Both the position numbers and the translations under genes were made by a program. A stretch of 64,000 bases of DNA from IMG/VR virus record IMGVR_UViG_3300035696_000005, positions 64,001 through 128,000 of that record. One strand, written 5' to 3'. The DNA comes from a virus. This document shows positions 1-9,355 of this stretch, piece by piece. Below the pieces are notes generated by a model. The model did no database searches, was not told where the DNA came from, and saw nothing but the letters and a program-made list of their open reading frames with translations. Within the stretch, counting starts at the first letter, position 1. Each line of letters begins with the position of its first letter.

Positions 1-13
1 GTAGGGAATTTTA

Positions 14-706
14 ATGTTCGTAAACGGCTTCACCAAAACAGCCCAAGTCAAAGTCATCAAAACACTTGGCAAAGGTGGAGAGGGAATCGCTCATCTTGTG
101 AGACATCCAAAACACGGGTTAGTTGTGAGAAAGACTTACAACATCACGGGAAAGCTTTTTTCGAAGCCTTTGTTTGAAAAGAAGCTTGAGATCTTGCGTA
201 AAGTAAAAAGCCCGCTTTTAGCTAAGTTCTACGGTCAGGAAGGTAATAAGCCCATTACCTACCATGAATACGTCCGCTTCAATAAAAAGCGTGCTTATCC
301 CACTGTTGCTCGCGAAAAAGCAGTTAGACTCCTTAACAGGCAGGTAAGAGAAGCAACTGGCGTGGGAATCAAAGACCTGGCTAGCGACAACTTTGTTAAA
401 GACAAACAGGGCAACTACAAGGCAATCGATTTCCTGATCGATGGTCCTTTGAGTCGCACTTCTCGCAGAGGCCAGCTAAGACATGTCGGAAAAGGCATCT
501 ACGAGAAAGCAATGAAGGCTGGTCTTGGTAAGAAGCAAGCGGTTAACCTAAAGCGTTCTGCCATCATGAAGATGAGGGGTCTTTTTGATCAAAGCGCGAT
601 CAAACATAAATCGCGCCGTGAGATTATGAGGAATGCACTCCTACCTAGGCATGAGCGTGATAAACTCGTTGAGAGGGCAACAAGACCCGGGGTAAATCAT
701 GTTTAG
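14..706 (+). CDS. Protein kinase-like fold protein with N-terminal F-x-x-G-F-x-K-x-A motif
   Basis: Gly-loop LGKGGEG, Lys in VVRK, catalytic loop KDLASDN, DFG-like AIDF; N-terminus MFVNGFTKTA. Confidence 0.7.
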   Translation: MFVNGFTKTAQVKVIKTLGKGGEGIAHLVRHPKHGLVVRKTYNITGKLFSKPLFEKKLEILRKVKSPLLAKFYGQEGNKPITYHEYVRFNKKRAYPTVAREKAVRLLNRQVREATGVGIKDLASDNFVKDKQGNYKAIDFLIDGPLSRTSRRGQLRHVGKGIYEKAMKAGLGKKQAVNLKRSAIMKMRGLFDQSAIKHKSRREIMRNALLPRHERDKLVERATRPGVNHV

Positions 707-896
707 AGTCGGCTTCGAAAAAAGAGCGATGATTGGCCAAGGACCGGGCCAACGCCAAGTCAACCCAATTACTGCCCAGGATGCCTTAGGTGCTTCGAAA
801 GCCGCGCCCTTTTCTAAGCCCATTTCCCGATTCGCTAGCGGGCATCACCCGCGTTTAGGGCTAAAAGCGATGTCAAAGGTGCGTCGTGGCGCTTAG
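699..896 (+). CDS. Small basic protein with shared N-terminal motif
   Basis: MFRVGFEKRA start; overlaps stop of the upstream gene. Confidence 0.6.
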   Translation: MFRVGFEKRAMIGQGPGQRQVNPITAQDALGASKAAPFSKPISRFASGHHPRLGLKAMSKVRRGA

Positions 897-1197
897 CGTA
901 ACATTATCACCACTTGTGAGTCTTTTTGATGAGAAGAACCCAGTTCAGAAGGAACTGCTCAAAGAGCACGTCGTGGATAACTTCAAACAGACTAACCTCA
1001 TCGGGGTACCTGACGCATTGGTTAGGATTAACTTTAACCCAGAAGAGGGGGATGATATACTCATCCACAGGATAGACCCGGAAAACGCTCTCGGCTATTC
1101 CGTCCACGCGAGCGAAGAGGACTATTTCAATCATCTATCGCAAAGCCTTTACGAACCAACCGAAGAAGATATTTTGGGAGGTTTGAATGACTACTGA
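886..1197 (+). CDS. Hypothetical protein (structural region)
   Basis: Operon-contiguous ORF, coupled to next gene. Confidence 0.6.
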   Translation: MALSVTLSPLVSLFDEKNPVQKELLKEHVVDNFKQTNLIGVPDALVRINFNPEEGDDILIHRIDPENALGYSVHASEEDYFNHLSQSLYEPTEEDILGGLNDY

Positions 1198-1807
1198 GCG
1201 GGACAGTCGTTTTCCAAACAGGCGTTATCCTAATACGCTGCTTTTCTTGGAGAACTCCTTCTTGGCGTTCTTCCAGGCTGTGTTTAGTACCTTTCCCCCA
1301 GGGGAAGATCCCAAGCTTTTTCATTACGATGATAATCCGGAAACCACCGAGATCTTCATCGAAGGGCAAAACACAGACAACCTAACGACCGTAGATGTAA
1401 GGCCCAAGATTGTCGTATCTCGTGGGCCTGTAGGTTGGAACAAGACGCATATTGGAAACTTCGTTGGATCAAAGAACCTTTCCAGAGAAAGACAGCGCTA
1501 CGCCAGCATTTATAGCGCTACGGTGGGCGTGAGCTGCTTTTCTAGGGAAGATCTTGAGGCTGATCATCTAGCACAGCTCTGCTTTGATATGGTCGAAGCC
1601 TTCCAGTTCCAACTCCATAAGATCGGTTACCTCTCAGTCAATTCCGTACAGATTGGCCAGAGGGGGCTGATTAAGCAAGACGCAAGGCCCGATCTAAGCG
1701 TCACTCCAGTTCTTCTGAAGGTGCAAGTCACCAAGGAATGGATGACAAAGATTGTTGACCCTGTGCAACTGAGAGAAATTTTTGTACAATTTATTATCAA
1801 ACCGTAA
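1187..1807 (+). CDS. Putative tail completion/terminator protein
   Basis: About 200 aa gene immediately upstream of the sheath, GGAGG RBS; function inferred from position. Confidence 0.5.
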   Translation: MTTERDSRFPNRRYPNTLLFLENSFLAFFQAVFSTFPPGEDPKLFHYDDNPETTEIFIEGQNTDNLTTVDVRPKIVVSRGPVGWNKTHIGNFVGSKNLSRERQRYASIYSATVGVSCFSREDLEADHLAQLCFDMVEAFQFQLHKIGYLSVNSVQIGQRGLIKQDARPDLSVTPVLLKVQVTKEWMTKIVDPVQLREIFVQFIIKP

Positions 1808-1826
1808 GGTGGTCTTGGAGGTATAA

Positions 1827-3746
1827 ATGGCGTATCGTCAGCCCGGAGTAACAGTTACGCAGGAATTTGTGAGTGCTCTTCCAGCACTTGCGGTATTCTC
1901 GCTCCCTAACGTCATTGTCGGTCCAGTGTTTTATGTTGCATCTCAAGCTTCAGCAGGTCCTGGAACCTACACGGGCGCGCCAGCAACACTCAGCTATCCC
2001 GGGCAGCCTCTTGGAAGCTACGTTGACACTAGGGCATATGATCCAACCGATCTAATTTCATATCCAGTTCAGATTAATTTCAAAAACACGATCGTTCAGC
2101 TCTTCATGTCGACCACTGGTTCGGTCATTAGCCCAAACTTCAATACGTTTGTGGACCTCACTGGCTCACCGTTCACGGGTGTTGTTGCGGGTGACATGAT
2201 TGTAATCACATCGGGAGCTGATGCTGGAACGTACACAATCCGAAGCGTAACTGATGCCAATCACGTACAAACGAACGAAACATTCCCAAGTGCACTGACC
2301 GGGATTAGTTACTATGTTCAGAGAAACATCGGTCTTTTGAATATCCCAACTAGCACAGTTGGCGTGGTTATTACTCAAGCAAGCGTTACTCTTCCAACAG
2401 GACTTACCACAACGGTTGCTCCGTTTGGCTCGGTCATGATCCTTCTTGCCGAGGTTCTGATCACTTATCGCGCTCAGATGATTAATCGCTCAAACGATAT
2501 CTACGAGTACGCGAACGTCACGGCGCTTGAGGCTGACTTCGGTGCAGCTCAGATTCTTCCACAAAACCCGGCAGTCTTTGGAGCCTTCCTTGCGCTCAAC
2601 AACGCAGTCACTCCAACAAATATTCTGGGACTAGACGCCAACTACCTCTCAAACGAGCTTCTCTCTTACGATGACGCATTCGTGATTTTGTCCATGAACG
2701 ACATCTATGCGATTAGCGTAATGACTCAGAATACGGCGGTACACACAGCACTCAAGACGCACGTTGACGGCTACTCTCAACCGAACGAGAAGCTTGAGCG
2801 CGTGGGTATCATCAACCGCCAACTTGTTACAACTGCGATGGTCGATGGTCCTTTCACTAATGGCTCGACGGATGCAACAGGGTTTTTACTGACCTCAACT
2901 GGGGCTACGTTTATCACCGATGGTGTTGTTCCGGGTGATTTCGTTCAGGTGACGTCTCCTACGTTGTATGCTGGTAGCTACGAAGTCGGTGCTGTATTGT
3001 CACAGACTGTGCTTCAGCTTGTGACTGAGATTGCTCCCACGCTCTCCTCGCTGCACTTCTACACCTATCAGGAGCTTCAGAACAGCGAGCAGGCTGCTAC
3101 GATTGCTGCTTATGCAACGAGCTTTGGTGACAGCCGCATGGTCCTTACTTGGCCGGATATTGTCAGTATCCCTGTTGGAAACACGATCCAACAACTTCCT
3201 GGCTACTTTCTGAACTGCGCAGTCGGAGCCTTGACGACAGGTCTTCCAACACAGCAAGGTCTTACGAACCTCTCGGTTGCCGTGTACTCTGGTGTTGTTC
3301 ACAGCACAAAGTACTTCAGTAACGATGACCTCAACACGATTGCCGATGGCGGCGTGATGATCTTCGTTCAAGATATCTTGAACCAGACTCCTCTGTATAT
3401 CCGCCATCAGTTGACGACCAACAGAACCTCGGTTCTCTTTCAGGAATACTCTGTTACAAAGAACGTCGACTTCATTGCGAAGTTTATTCGTAACAACCAC
3501 AAGCAGTTCATTGGTCAGTACAACATTGTCGAGCAAACCTTTGATGACCTTAAGACCAATGCAAAAGGCATCATTAACTACTTGGTTGAAGGAACGAAGC
3601 TTCCTAGAATCGGTGGAGTTCTTGTAAGTGGTCAACTTACGAGTATCGAACAGAACCCAGATGAGCTGGATGGAATCCTTGAAACATGGACGATCACCGT
3701 TCCAGTACCGCTCAACTATCTGGACATCACCCTCGTTATTTCTTAA
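1827..3746 (+). CDS. Tail sheath protein
   Basis: 639 aa; N-terminal PGVTVTQE and C-terminal VPVPLNYLDITL typical of contractile sheaths. Confidence 0.9.
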   Translation: MAYRQPGVTVTQEFVSALPALAVFSLPNVIVGPVFYVASQASAGPGTYTGAPATLSYPGQPLGSYVDTRAYDPTDLISYPVQINFKNTIVQLFMSTTGSVISPNFNTFVDLTGSPFTGVVAGDMIVITSGADAGTYTIRSVTDANHVQTNETFPSALTGISYYVQRNIGLLNIPTSTVGVVITQASVTLPTGLTTTVAPFGSVMILLAEVLITYRAQMINRSNDIYEYANVTALEADFGAAQILPQNPAVFGAFLALNNAVTPTNILGLDANYLSNELLSYDDAFVILSMNDIYAISVMTQNTAVHTALKTHVDGYSQPNEKLERVGIINRQLVTTAMVDGPFTNGSTDATGFLLTSTGATFITDGVVPGDFVQVTSPTLYAGSYEVGAVLSQTVLQLVTEIAPTLSSLHFYTYQELQNSEQAATIAAYATSFGDSRMVLTWPDIVSIPVGNTIQQLPGYFLNCAVGALTTGLPTQQGLTNLSVAVYSGVVHSTKYFSNDDLNTIADGGVMIFVQDILNQTPLYIRHQLTTNRTSVLFQEYSVTKNVDFIAKFIRNNHKQFIGQYNIVEQTFDDLKTNAKGIINYLVEGTKLPRIGGVLVSGQLTSIEQNPDELDGILETWTITVPVPLNYLDITLVIS

Positions 3747-3757
3747 GGAGAATCTAA

Positions 3758-4102
3758 ATGGCTTTCGGTAAGGGATTTAAAAAGTCGACGGGATCTAAAG
3801 GGGTTGCTCTTAATCTAGCCACTTTGGGAATACCGAAGAAGGCAAGCGCGATGGGTGGTTTTCAGAAAGCAGCTAAAGTGCTTACAACGAAGGAAAGAAA
3901 AGAGCTTCCGAGTAGCGAACTCGCTAACCCCAAGAAAGAGGGAGAAGAGTCTGGCTCTTACCCGATCCCGGATAAGGCTCATGCTAGGAACGCCCTGGCT
4001 CGCGTTTCTCAGTTCGGAAGCCCTGCGATGAAGAAAAAAGTTCGAGCTAAAGTACACAAAGAGTTTCCGGAAATCGGAAAGTCGTCTGACAAGAGCTCGT
4101 AA
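3758..4102 (+). CDS. Basic protein with YPIPDKAHARNALARV domain (DUF6582-like) and shared N-terminal motif
   Basis: MAFGKGFKK start, internal GGFQKAA; domain recognised from memory. Confidence 0.6.
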   Translation: MAFGKGFKKSTGSKGVALNLATLGIPKKASAMGGFQKAAKVLTTKERKELPSSELANPKKEGEESGSYPIPDKAHARNALARVSQFGSPAMKKKVRAKVHKEFPEIGKSSDKSS

Positions 4103-4122
4103 GTAATTAGGAGGATCGCTCA

Positions 4123-4842
4123 ATGGCGGTAACAGATTTTTCAAACTGGGACTTCAGCAATCTGCACGTCCAACAAGAATTGACTCACGGTCAGTTCGTA
4201 TCCGCTGAAACGAGCTTGGTCGCATCCGGCCTTCCTCAAGTAGGTGGGTCAAGTGCTTACAGTGAAGTTCCTGTGGCAAGTGTGGGTACGGTCTATCCGA
4301 TCGGACTGATTGAGAACGCAGGCATTAGCCAAAGTAAGCAGATCCAAAAGATCTTCGAAGTTGGCTCTAGCCGTTCTTACTTCATCCCTGGTCGCGTGAT
4401 TGGTTCTGTGAGCCTTGGACGTATCTTCTATTATGGCCCATCACTCCTGCGCGTTTTGTATGCTTATTACTACAACACCGCAAACGGAATCAATATCGGT
4501 ACTGCAGATCAGGCGGCTACGATTACCCTAGAGGATGGCAGCCAAGCGGTTAGTCCTCTTGCCCGTCTTTTGAACGCGGGCGGAACTAGCTTTCACCAGG
4601 TTCGTATGGACCCAGGTGAAGACTACTTCTTCATTAACCTTGCCTCCGATCTCTTCAACCAAGCAACGGGTCTTGCATTCTACTTCAAGGATGCAAACTT
4701 CAACTCGGTTGGCGCTTTCTATCTTGAGTGGGTTTACATGCAAGGTCACCAGTTCTCGATTTCTTCTGGGTCCGTTCTTGTCATGGAAGGTGCTTCTGCT
4801 CAGTACGATCGTATCGTTCCGATTAAGCTTCTGAACGCTTAA
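4123..4842 (+). CDS. Tail tube protein
   Basis: 239 aa near the sheath; IGLIENAGISQ...IFEVGS...YFIPG pattern of tube proteins. Confidence 0.75.
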   Translation: MAVTDFSNWDFSNLHVQQELTHGQFVSAETSLVASGLPQVGGSSAYSEVPVASVGTVYPIGLIENAGISQSKQIQKIFEVGSSRSYFIPGRVIGSVSLGRIFYYGPSLLRVLYAYYYNTANGINIGTADQAATITLEDGSQAVSPLARLLNAGGTSFHQVRMDPGEDYFFINLASDLFNQATGLAFYFKDANFNSVGAFYLEWVYMQGHQFSISSGSVLVMEGASAQYDRIVPIKLLNA

Positions 4843-4852
4843 GGAGATTCAC

Positions 4853-5251
4853 GTGGCTTTTAAAAGTGGATTTGAAAAAGTCGCGGACTTCTTTAGTCAG
4901 ACAGCCCAGCTTGCAGCGAAGGCTGCGAAGCCTGCAGCATCAAAGCCAGGTGCAGCTATGAAATCCTTCAAAGCCCTGGCTGGATCTTCTCCAGACGTGA
5001 AGCGTGGTCCTGCTCTGAAGACTCCTGCTTCTAGCCACGATACGTTCATGAAGCAAACTAAAAGCCTGGCTTCAAAAGCGCCTGCCGCTAAACCTGCGGC
5101 AGCAGCTCCAGCGGCGGCAGCATCACATGCAGCCCCAGTGGTTGAAAAGCCCGCCCCAGGTAAACTTGGTCTAAGGCACGTTGTTGGGGCTGGGGTAGGC
5201 GGGGCTCTTGCCGGTCGTATGCTTAGCGGAAACAACCAGCAGCAGAGGTAA
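4853..5251 (+). CDS. Ala/Lys/Pro-rich protein with shared N-terminal motif
   Basis: GTG start after AAGGAG; MAFKSGFEKVA. Confidence 0.7.
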   Translation: MAFKSGFEKVADFFSQTAQLAAKAAKPAASKPGAAMKSFKALAGSSPDVKRGPALKTPASSHDTFMKQTKSLASKAPAAKPAAAAPAAAASHAAPVVEKPAPGKLGLRHVVGAGVGGALAGRMLSGNNQQQR

Positions 5252-5254
5252 TTC

Positions 5255-5653
5255 ATGGCATTCGCAAAGGGGATTCAAAAATTAGCCGAGAAAAAACCCA
5301 GTGTTGAAACAATGAAACACAAGGGTGGACCCATCAAGACAGAAGGCAAAAAGCACCCGAAAGAAACAGGGCTCATGGAAGATGAGGGTGTGACCAAGCC
5401 CCGTGAAGTGAAGTCTCTTGCGGATCGTCTTAGAGCAAAAGATTCCAGCATGGATGACGAAAAGGCTTACCGCATTGCCTGGGATATTTACGAAAAGCAC
5501 ACTTCTGAGGGTAAGAAATACAAACCCATCCACGGGAAGCACCATAAGCCGTCAGACATTGAAGGCGAAAGGAAAAAGAAAAGTCCTTTTCATCCTCATG
5601 TTAAAGTAGGGTTTATCCATGGGCTTCAGCGCAGGCTTTCAAAAGATAGCTAA
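5255..5653 (+). CDS. Charged protein with shared N-terminal motif
   Basis: MAFAKGIQKLA. Confidence 0.65.
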   Translation: MAFAKGIQKLAEKKPSVETMKHKGGPIKTEGKKHPKETGLMEDEGVTKPREVKSLADRLRAKDSSMDDEKAYRIAWDIYEKHTSEGKKYKPIHGKHHKPSDIEGERKKKSPFHPHVKVGFIHGLQRRLSKDS

Positions 5654-6059
5654 CGAACATCACCACGCAGGAATGCTATCGCTCATGGTGCATCCTGGAG
5701 CGTCTGCAGTCTATTCCCACATGAAGGCTCCCAAGCACAAACAAAAGGAGCCAGAGAAGAATTACCTTAAGCACAGGCTTCATACGATGAAGGGTTGGGC
5801 TATTGGAGGCGCTGCGGGCGGCACTGCCGGAGCGGGGCTCGGACATGCCGCTGAAAGAGCCTACGCTCATGCCAGAGGAAAGCCAAAAATTAAGCTTAGG
5901 ATTCGGCTTCCAAAAACTCTGGCTAAGTCTATGGGTGAAAAGTCTGTACCGTTCTTTCTTGTTCCTGCCGCTATGGGCTCAATCGTCGGCAGCAACATAG
6001 GTCAGTACTACGGCTCAAGAAAAGGACACGAAGAAGTTACGGGGAGGAAAGCGAGATGA
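5619..6059 (+). CDS. Basic Gly-rich protein with shared N-terminal motif
   Basis: MGFSAGFQKIA. Confidence 0.65.
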   Translation: MGFSAGFQKIANEHHHAGMLSLMVHPGASAVYSHMKAPKHKQKEPEKNYLKHRLHTMKGWAIGGAAGGTAGAGLGHAAERAYAHARGKPKIKLRIRLPKTLAKSMGEKSVPFFLVPAAMGSIVGSNIGQYYGSRKGHEEVTGRKAR

Positions 6060-6952
6060 GTTTTTCTCTGGGCTTCCTAAAAAAAGCCGACTCAGAAGAA
6101 GAGCATCCCGCAAGAAAAGCCTTTGGCATCGGCACTGGTTTGGGCGCTGCTGCCAATATCGCACACAATACTTACCTTGATCGAAAAGAAAAAAGAGTTC
6201 CACACGCTAGAACTGTCCACAAGTTTAGACGGAATCTAAAGCCTGGTGACATCATTCTGAGTGGTTCTACAGCAAGACACGCTGACGGGATCGCAGGAGA
6301 GGATCTCCCAAAGGTAGTTCAAAAACTACTCACTCGGTATAAGATCCCGTTAGATAAGACTCTCATCAATAACAGCACACTTCTTACCTCTGTAGGTGCT
6401 GGAGGCAAGTATCATGCTTCAGTTTATCTCGGTAAGAACAGGGTTGGCGAAATGTCCACAGACATGGGAGCGACTACAAGCTCTCTGAAAGAGCTTCTTG
6501 AGGGACAGAACGCAACTGCTTATCGCTTTACGGGCGCTGGGAAACGAGAGACCGGAAGCGCTGTGAGCTTTGCTAAACGCATGGCTAAAAAACATCACCC
6601 TTACAAGAGCGAACTCGGATCTGCGGCCATTGCCCTTGGAAACATAGCAACTCCTTTTGGATCTAAAGTATGCAGGAAAACTAAGAGCGGCATGGTTTGC
6701 AGTACCCTTCCTATACGTGCTTATCATAAGCGTCAATTTCCTAAAGGCGAGTGGACTTATCCCGGTGACATCAGAAAAGCAAAAGGACTGCATCCTGTTG
6801 TCAGGCGAGAATCCGTTAAGCTTCCGTTTGTATTACGTGCTAGAACCACTGCTGGGCAGGCTCTTAAAGGCGTTAAGTGGGGGCTGGGGGCTGCGGGGTT
6901 AGCAGCCGCTCACCACTATCTCAAGAATCGTCTGAAGCCTTCTGAGCGGTAA
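6056..6952 (+). CDS. Permuted papain-like (NlpC/P60, YiiX-like) amidase with shared N-terminal motif
   Basis: LKPGDIILS, YHASVYLG (His), downstream VCSTL (Cys) in permuted order; MSFSLGFLKKA. Confidence 0.7.
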   Translation: MSFSLGFLKKADSEEEHPARKAFGIGTGLGAAANIAHNTYLDRKEKRVPHARTVHKFRRNLKPGDIILSGSTARHADGIAGEDLPKVVQKLLTRYKIPLDKTLINNSTLLTSVGAGGKYHASVYLGKNRVGEMSTDMGATTSSLKELLEGQNATAYRFTGAGKRETGSAVSFAKRMAKKHHPYKSELGSAAIALGNIATPFGSKVCRKTKSGMVCSTLPIRAYHKRQFPKGEWTYPGDIRKAKGLHPVVRRESVKLPFVLRARTTAGQALKGVKWGLGAAGLAAAHHYLKNRLKPSER

Positions 6953-7688
6953 GATTACCGATCTGTCTTTTGGCATTCTCCCTAATGAAGCGTTCCTTAT
7001 CTAGGTGCTTTTCTTTTCTGTCTGAATCGTAGACGCAAGTTCCCTGTGGGATAAAGAGCATTGGGATGGGCTCTTCCATGTTGAGATAATTATTATCGTA
7101 GCCGTAGATCCAAATCTTCTGCTGCATATAAACGGGAAGGGCTTTAAGCCCTTCGGAATAAGAGTGCAAGATGATCTCAGCTGGCATCCCGTGGCGGTGG
7201 AGGAACTCGTCGTTTACCGGTGTTTCTCCTGAGATAAAGATTTCAGATTCATCTAGGCTGAGTCCGTAGCTAGGTTGGATAGATAAGTGGTTTCTAATGA
7301 ATGTCACAGTTTCAGTAAGGTGTTCCTCATTGATTGTGATCTTGGTGGATGCTCTCATCTCAAAATGATTCTTTAGCTTCTTTACCAAACCAGATTCAGA
7401 GAGCCTCTTTTCCACTTGGCTTAAGAGATCGGACGGTGCTACAAGGTAAGGCTTTTTACTACTTCGCAGCGCAACTTCTTCCAAGCCAGCTACTTCGCTG
7501 GAAAGTGAGTTGAGAGGAATCCACATATCAATCTGATCGATACTCAGATTGATTGTCTCAAGCTTTGCGGGGATATTGAACCCGCAACCAATAATGACGT
7601 TACTATTCTCGGATTGAACCAAGAAAGATGAGGTGACAAGAGGGTGTCTGCAGTAGGGACTGCCAGTCCCAATAGCCCTAATCTTCAT
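6921..7688 (-). CDS. Metallo-beta-lactamase/RNase Z-like fold protein, metal ligands apparently lost
   Basis: IRAIGTGS...SSFLV...IIGCG start and GLEE motif, but no HxHxDH. Confidence 0.6.
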   Translation of the reverse strand: MKIRAIGTGSPYCRHPLVTSSFLVQSENSNVIIGCGFNIPAKLETINLSIDQIDMWIPLNSLSSEVAGLEEVALRSSKKPYLVAPSDLLSQVEKRLSESGLVKKLKNHFEMRASTKITINEEHLTETVTFIRNHLSIQPSYGLSLDESEIFISGETPVNDEFLHRHGMPAEIILHSYSEGLKALPVYMQQKIWIYGYDNNYLNMEEPIPMLFIPQGTCVYDSDRKEKHLDKERFIRENAKRQIGNLTAQKASDDS

Positions 7689-7906
7689 GATTCCTTATGA
7701 CAGCCTTCTTTTGGATGAGCGCTGATTCGAACCCATCCCCAGATATTGTACTCCCAGTCTGTTCGCTCATATCGCTCGACAACGTAAATCTTTTCAAGCC
7801 ATCTAACCATTCCGTCTGAGCATTTTGTAGGCAGCCACGCAACTGCAGCTCTGCCCCTGGTTTGCCCTTCCTTTGGACGACTGCTTTCTTTATATCTCCA
7901 CTTCAC
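7685..7906 (-). CDS. Hypothetical protein
   Basis: Coupled ORF; AWLPTKCSDG..RWLE motif of small phage proteins. Confidence 0.6.
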   Translation of the reverse strand: MKWRYKESSRPKEGQTRGRAAVAWLPTKCSDGMVRWLEKIYVVERYERTDWEYNIWGWVRISAHPKEGCHKES

Positions 7907-8430
7907 GACCGCACCTCCATGATCACCTTCTCAACACCTTGAAAAAGGGCTGGGATGCCCTCCTCTTCGAGCTTCTTGATATCGAGCGCCCAAGCCTGCT
8001 CCCAATCTTTAATGACAGCTGATATCACTTTCATCTGCCAATCTTTTCTGGGTAAGAACAGGTCGACTTGAACCGTTTGAGGCACGTAATCATGAAGAAT
8101 CTTTACGAGTTCCCAAAGGGCTCGCTCTACATCTGCCTGCGACTTGAGATTCTTTTGCGGATGGGTTGGCGTGATGTGGATAGCGTAGTTGGCTTGATAG
8201 GTCCCGTACTCAACACAGAGAACTTTGTTCTCCACCTTCCTCATAGCAGCATCAGCTTCGACCTTCTGCTCATCAAGATCCTTAAGAGGAGCCTCTTGAA
8301 TGATTCCTGCTGCCTGAAGAGTGCTAAAAAAAGAATCCGCATGCTCCTGAGAAGAAAGTGAATATTCCTCAGATTGATTGTCTGCTTCAAAGAAAAACTT
8401 AGGTTTGTCGGTCATCGATACATCTCCCAA
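7903..8430 (-). CDS. Hypothetical protein
   Basis: Operon-contiguous ORF; true start may be MTDKPK. Confidence 0.6.
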   Translation of the reverse strand: MGDVSMTDKPKFFFEADNQSEEYSLSSQEHADSFFSTLQAAGIIQEAPLKDLDEQKVEADAAMRKVENKVLCVEYGTYQANYAIHITPTHPQKNLKSQADVERALWELVKILHDYVPQTVQVDLFLPRKDWQMKVISAVIKDWEQAWALDIKKLEEEGIPALFQGVEKVIMEVRS

Positions 8431-8911
8431 AAAAATCGGTTACAACCCAGCCACTCGACTGTCTAGTAAATCCGGTAGTGCTTCTTAGAAATTTCACCTG
8501 CTGAAGAGTGATGTTGGTATCAGGAATATTGTCGATCATGCCCCACTTACTGAACGGAACAGCGACAGCGATATCTGGAAATCCAATTAGGACAATGCTA
8601 TGTCCGCCTGATTTCTGGACCTTGTAAAGGAACTCTGCTTGAATTGGGGTGAGCTCGTGAGCAAGAACTTTAGAGGAATCTCTTACTGGAGGAGCCTTAA
8701 CGAACTTAGCTTCAACAGCGTAGAACTTACCTTCATAGACAGCACTGAAGTCGGGGAGTCCGCAACGGAACATATCGTTGTTAGTCCAGATCGTTGCGCG
8801 CTCACCATAACATCTAGAGAGGGCTTTTTTGAATTCCCTTTTGAAGTCGCTTTCATTTGTCGCCATCGTCTTCATCCTGATTTTTACTCGGTCCAAAAAT
8901 GAGGTAATCAA
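8399..8911 (-). CDS. PD-(D/E)xK nuclease (VRR-NUC/Holliday junction resolvase-like)
   Basis: NESDF...GLPDF...YAVEAK...LTPIQ; probable start MATNESDF. Confidence 0.7.
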   Translation of the reverse strand: MITSFLDRVKIRMKTMATNESDFKREFKKALSRCYGERATIWTNNDMFRCGLPDFSAVYEGKFYAVEAKFVKAPPVRDSSKVLAHELTPIQAEFLYKVQKSGGHSIVLIGFPDIAVAVPFSKWGMIDNIPDTNITLQQVKFLRSTTGFTRQSSGWVVTDFFGRCIDDRQT

Positions 8912-8996
8912 GAGCCACGATTACTAACCCGACCAGACACAAATTGCAGACCAGATCAGCAATCTGTCCAACCTGGCTAGCCTGATCATCCACAAA

Positions 8997-9308
8997 TTAC
9001 TCCTTCTCGATGTAGTAGGCTCTCACTCTAACTTTCTCGATACCACTGACGTCATCCACCCGAAGATAACCATGAACGATCACGCGGTCTCCACGCTGAA
9101 CATCCTTCATGCACTTATCCACGTTCTTACCCAAAGCTTCGATAGTTAAAAAATTGTCGTGCTGGGCAGGACGCCCATCGGCAAGGTGATACTTCTCAAC
9201 AACTTTCATGTCGAAAAGGCAGATTCGTTTATTGTTTCGAGTGGTCACAACCGTTGGGTTGTTATCAATAGTACCGCTGATGATCGCAATATTCGTGTCA
9301 CGAGCCAT
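8997..9308 (-). CDS. ssb: Single-stranded DNA-binding protein (OB fold, no acidic tail)
   Basis: NIAIISG...P......T.N...F...E.LG......KGDRVIVHGYLR pattern. Confidence 0.75.
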   Translation of the reverse strand: MARDTNIAIISGTIDNNPTVVTTRNNKRICLFDMKVVEKYHLADGRPAQHDNFLTIEALGKNVDKCMKDVQRGDRVIVHGYLRVDDVSGIEKVRVRAYYIEKE

Positions 9309-9355
9309 AGGTTGTGGATCTCCGGGAGGGGATGAGCCCCCTCCCGGATAGTCTA

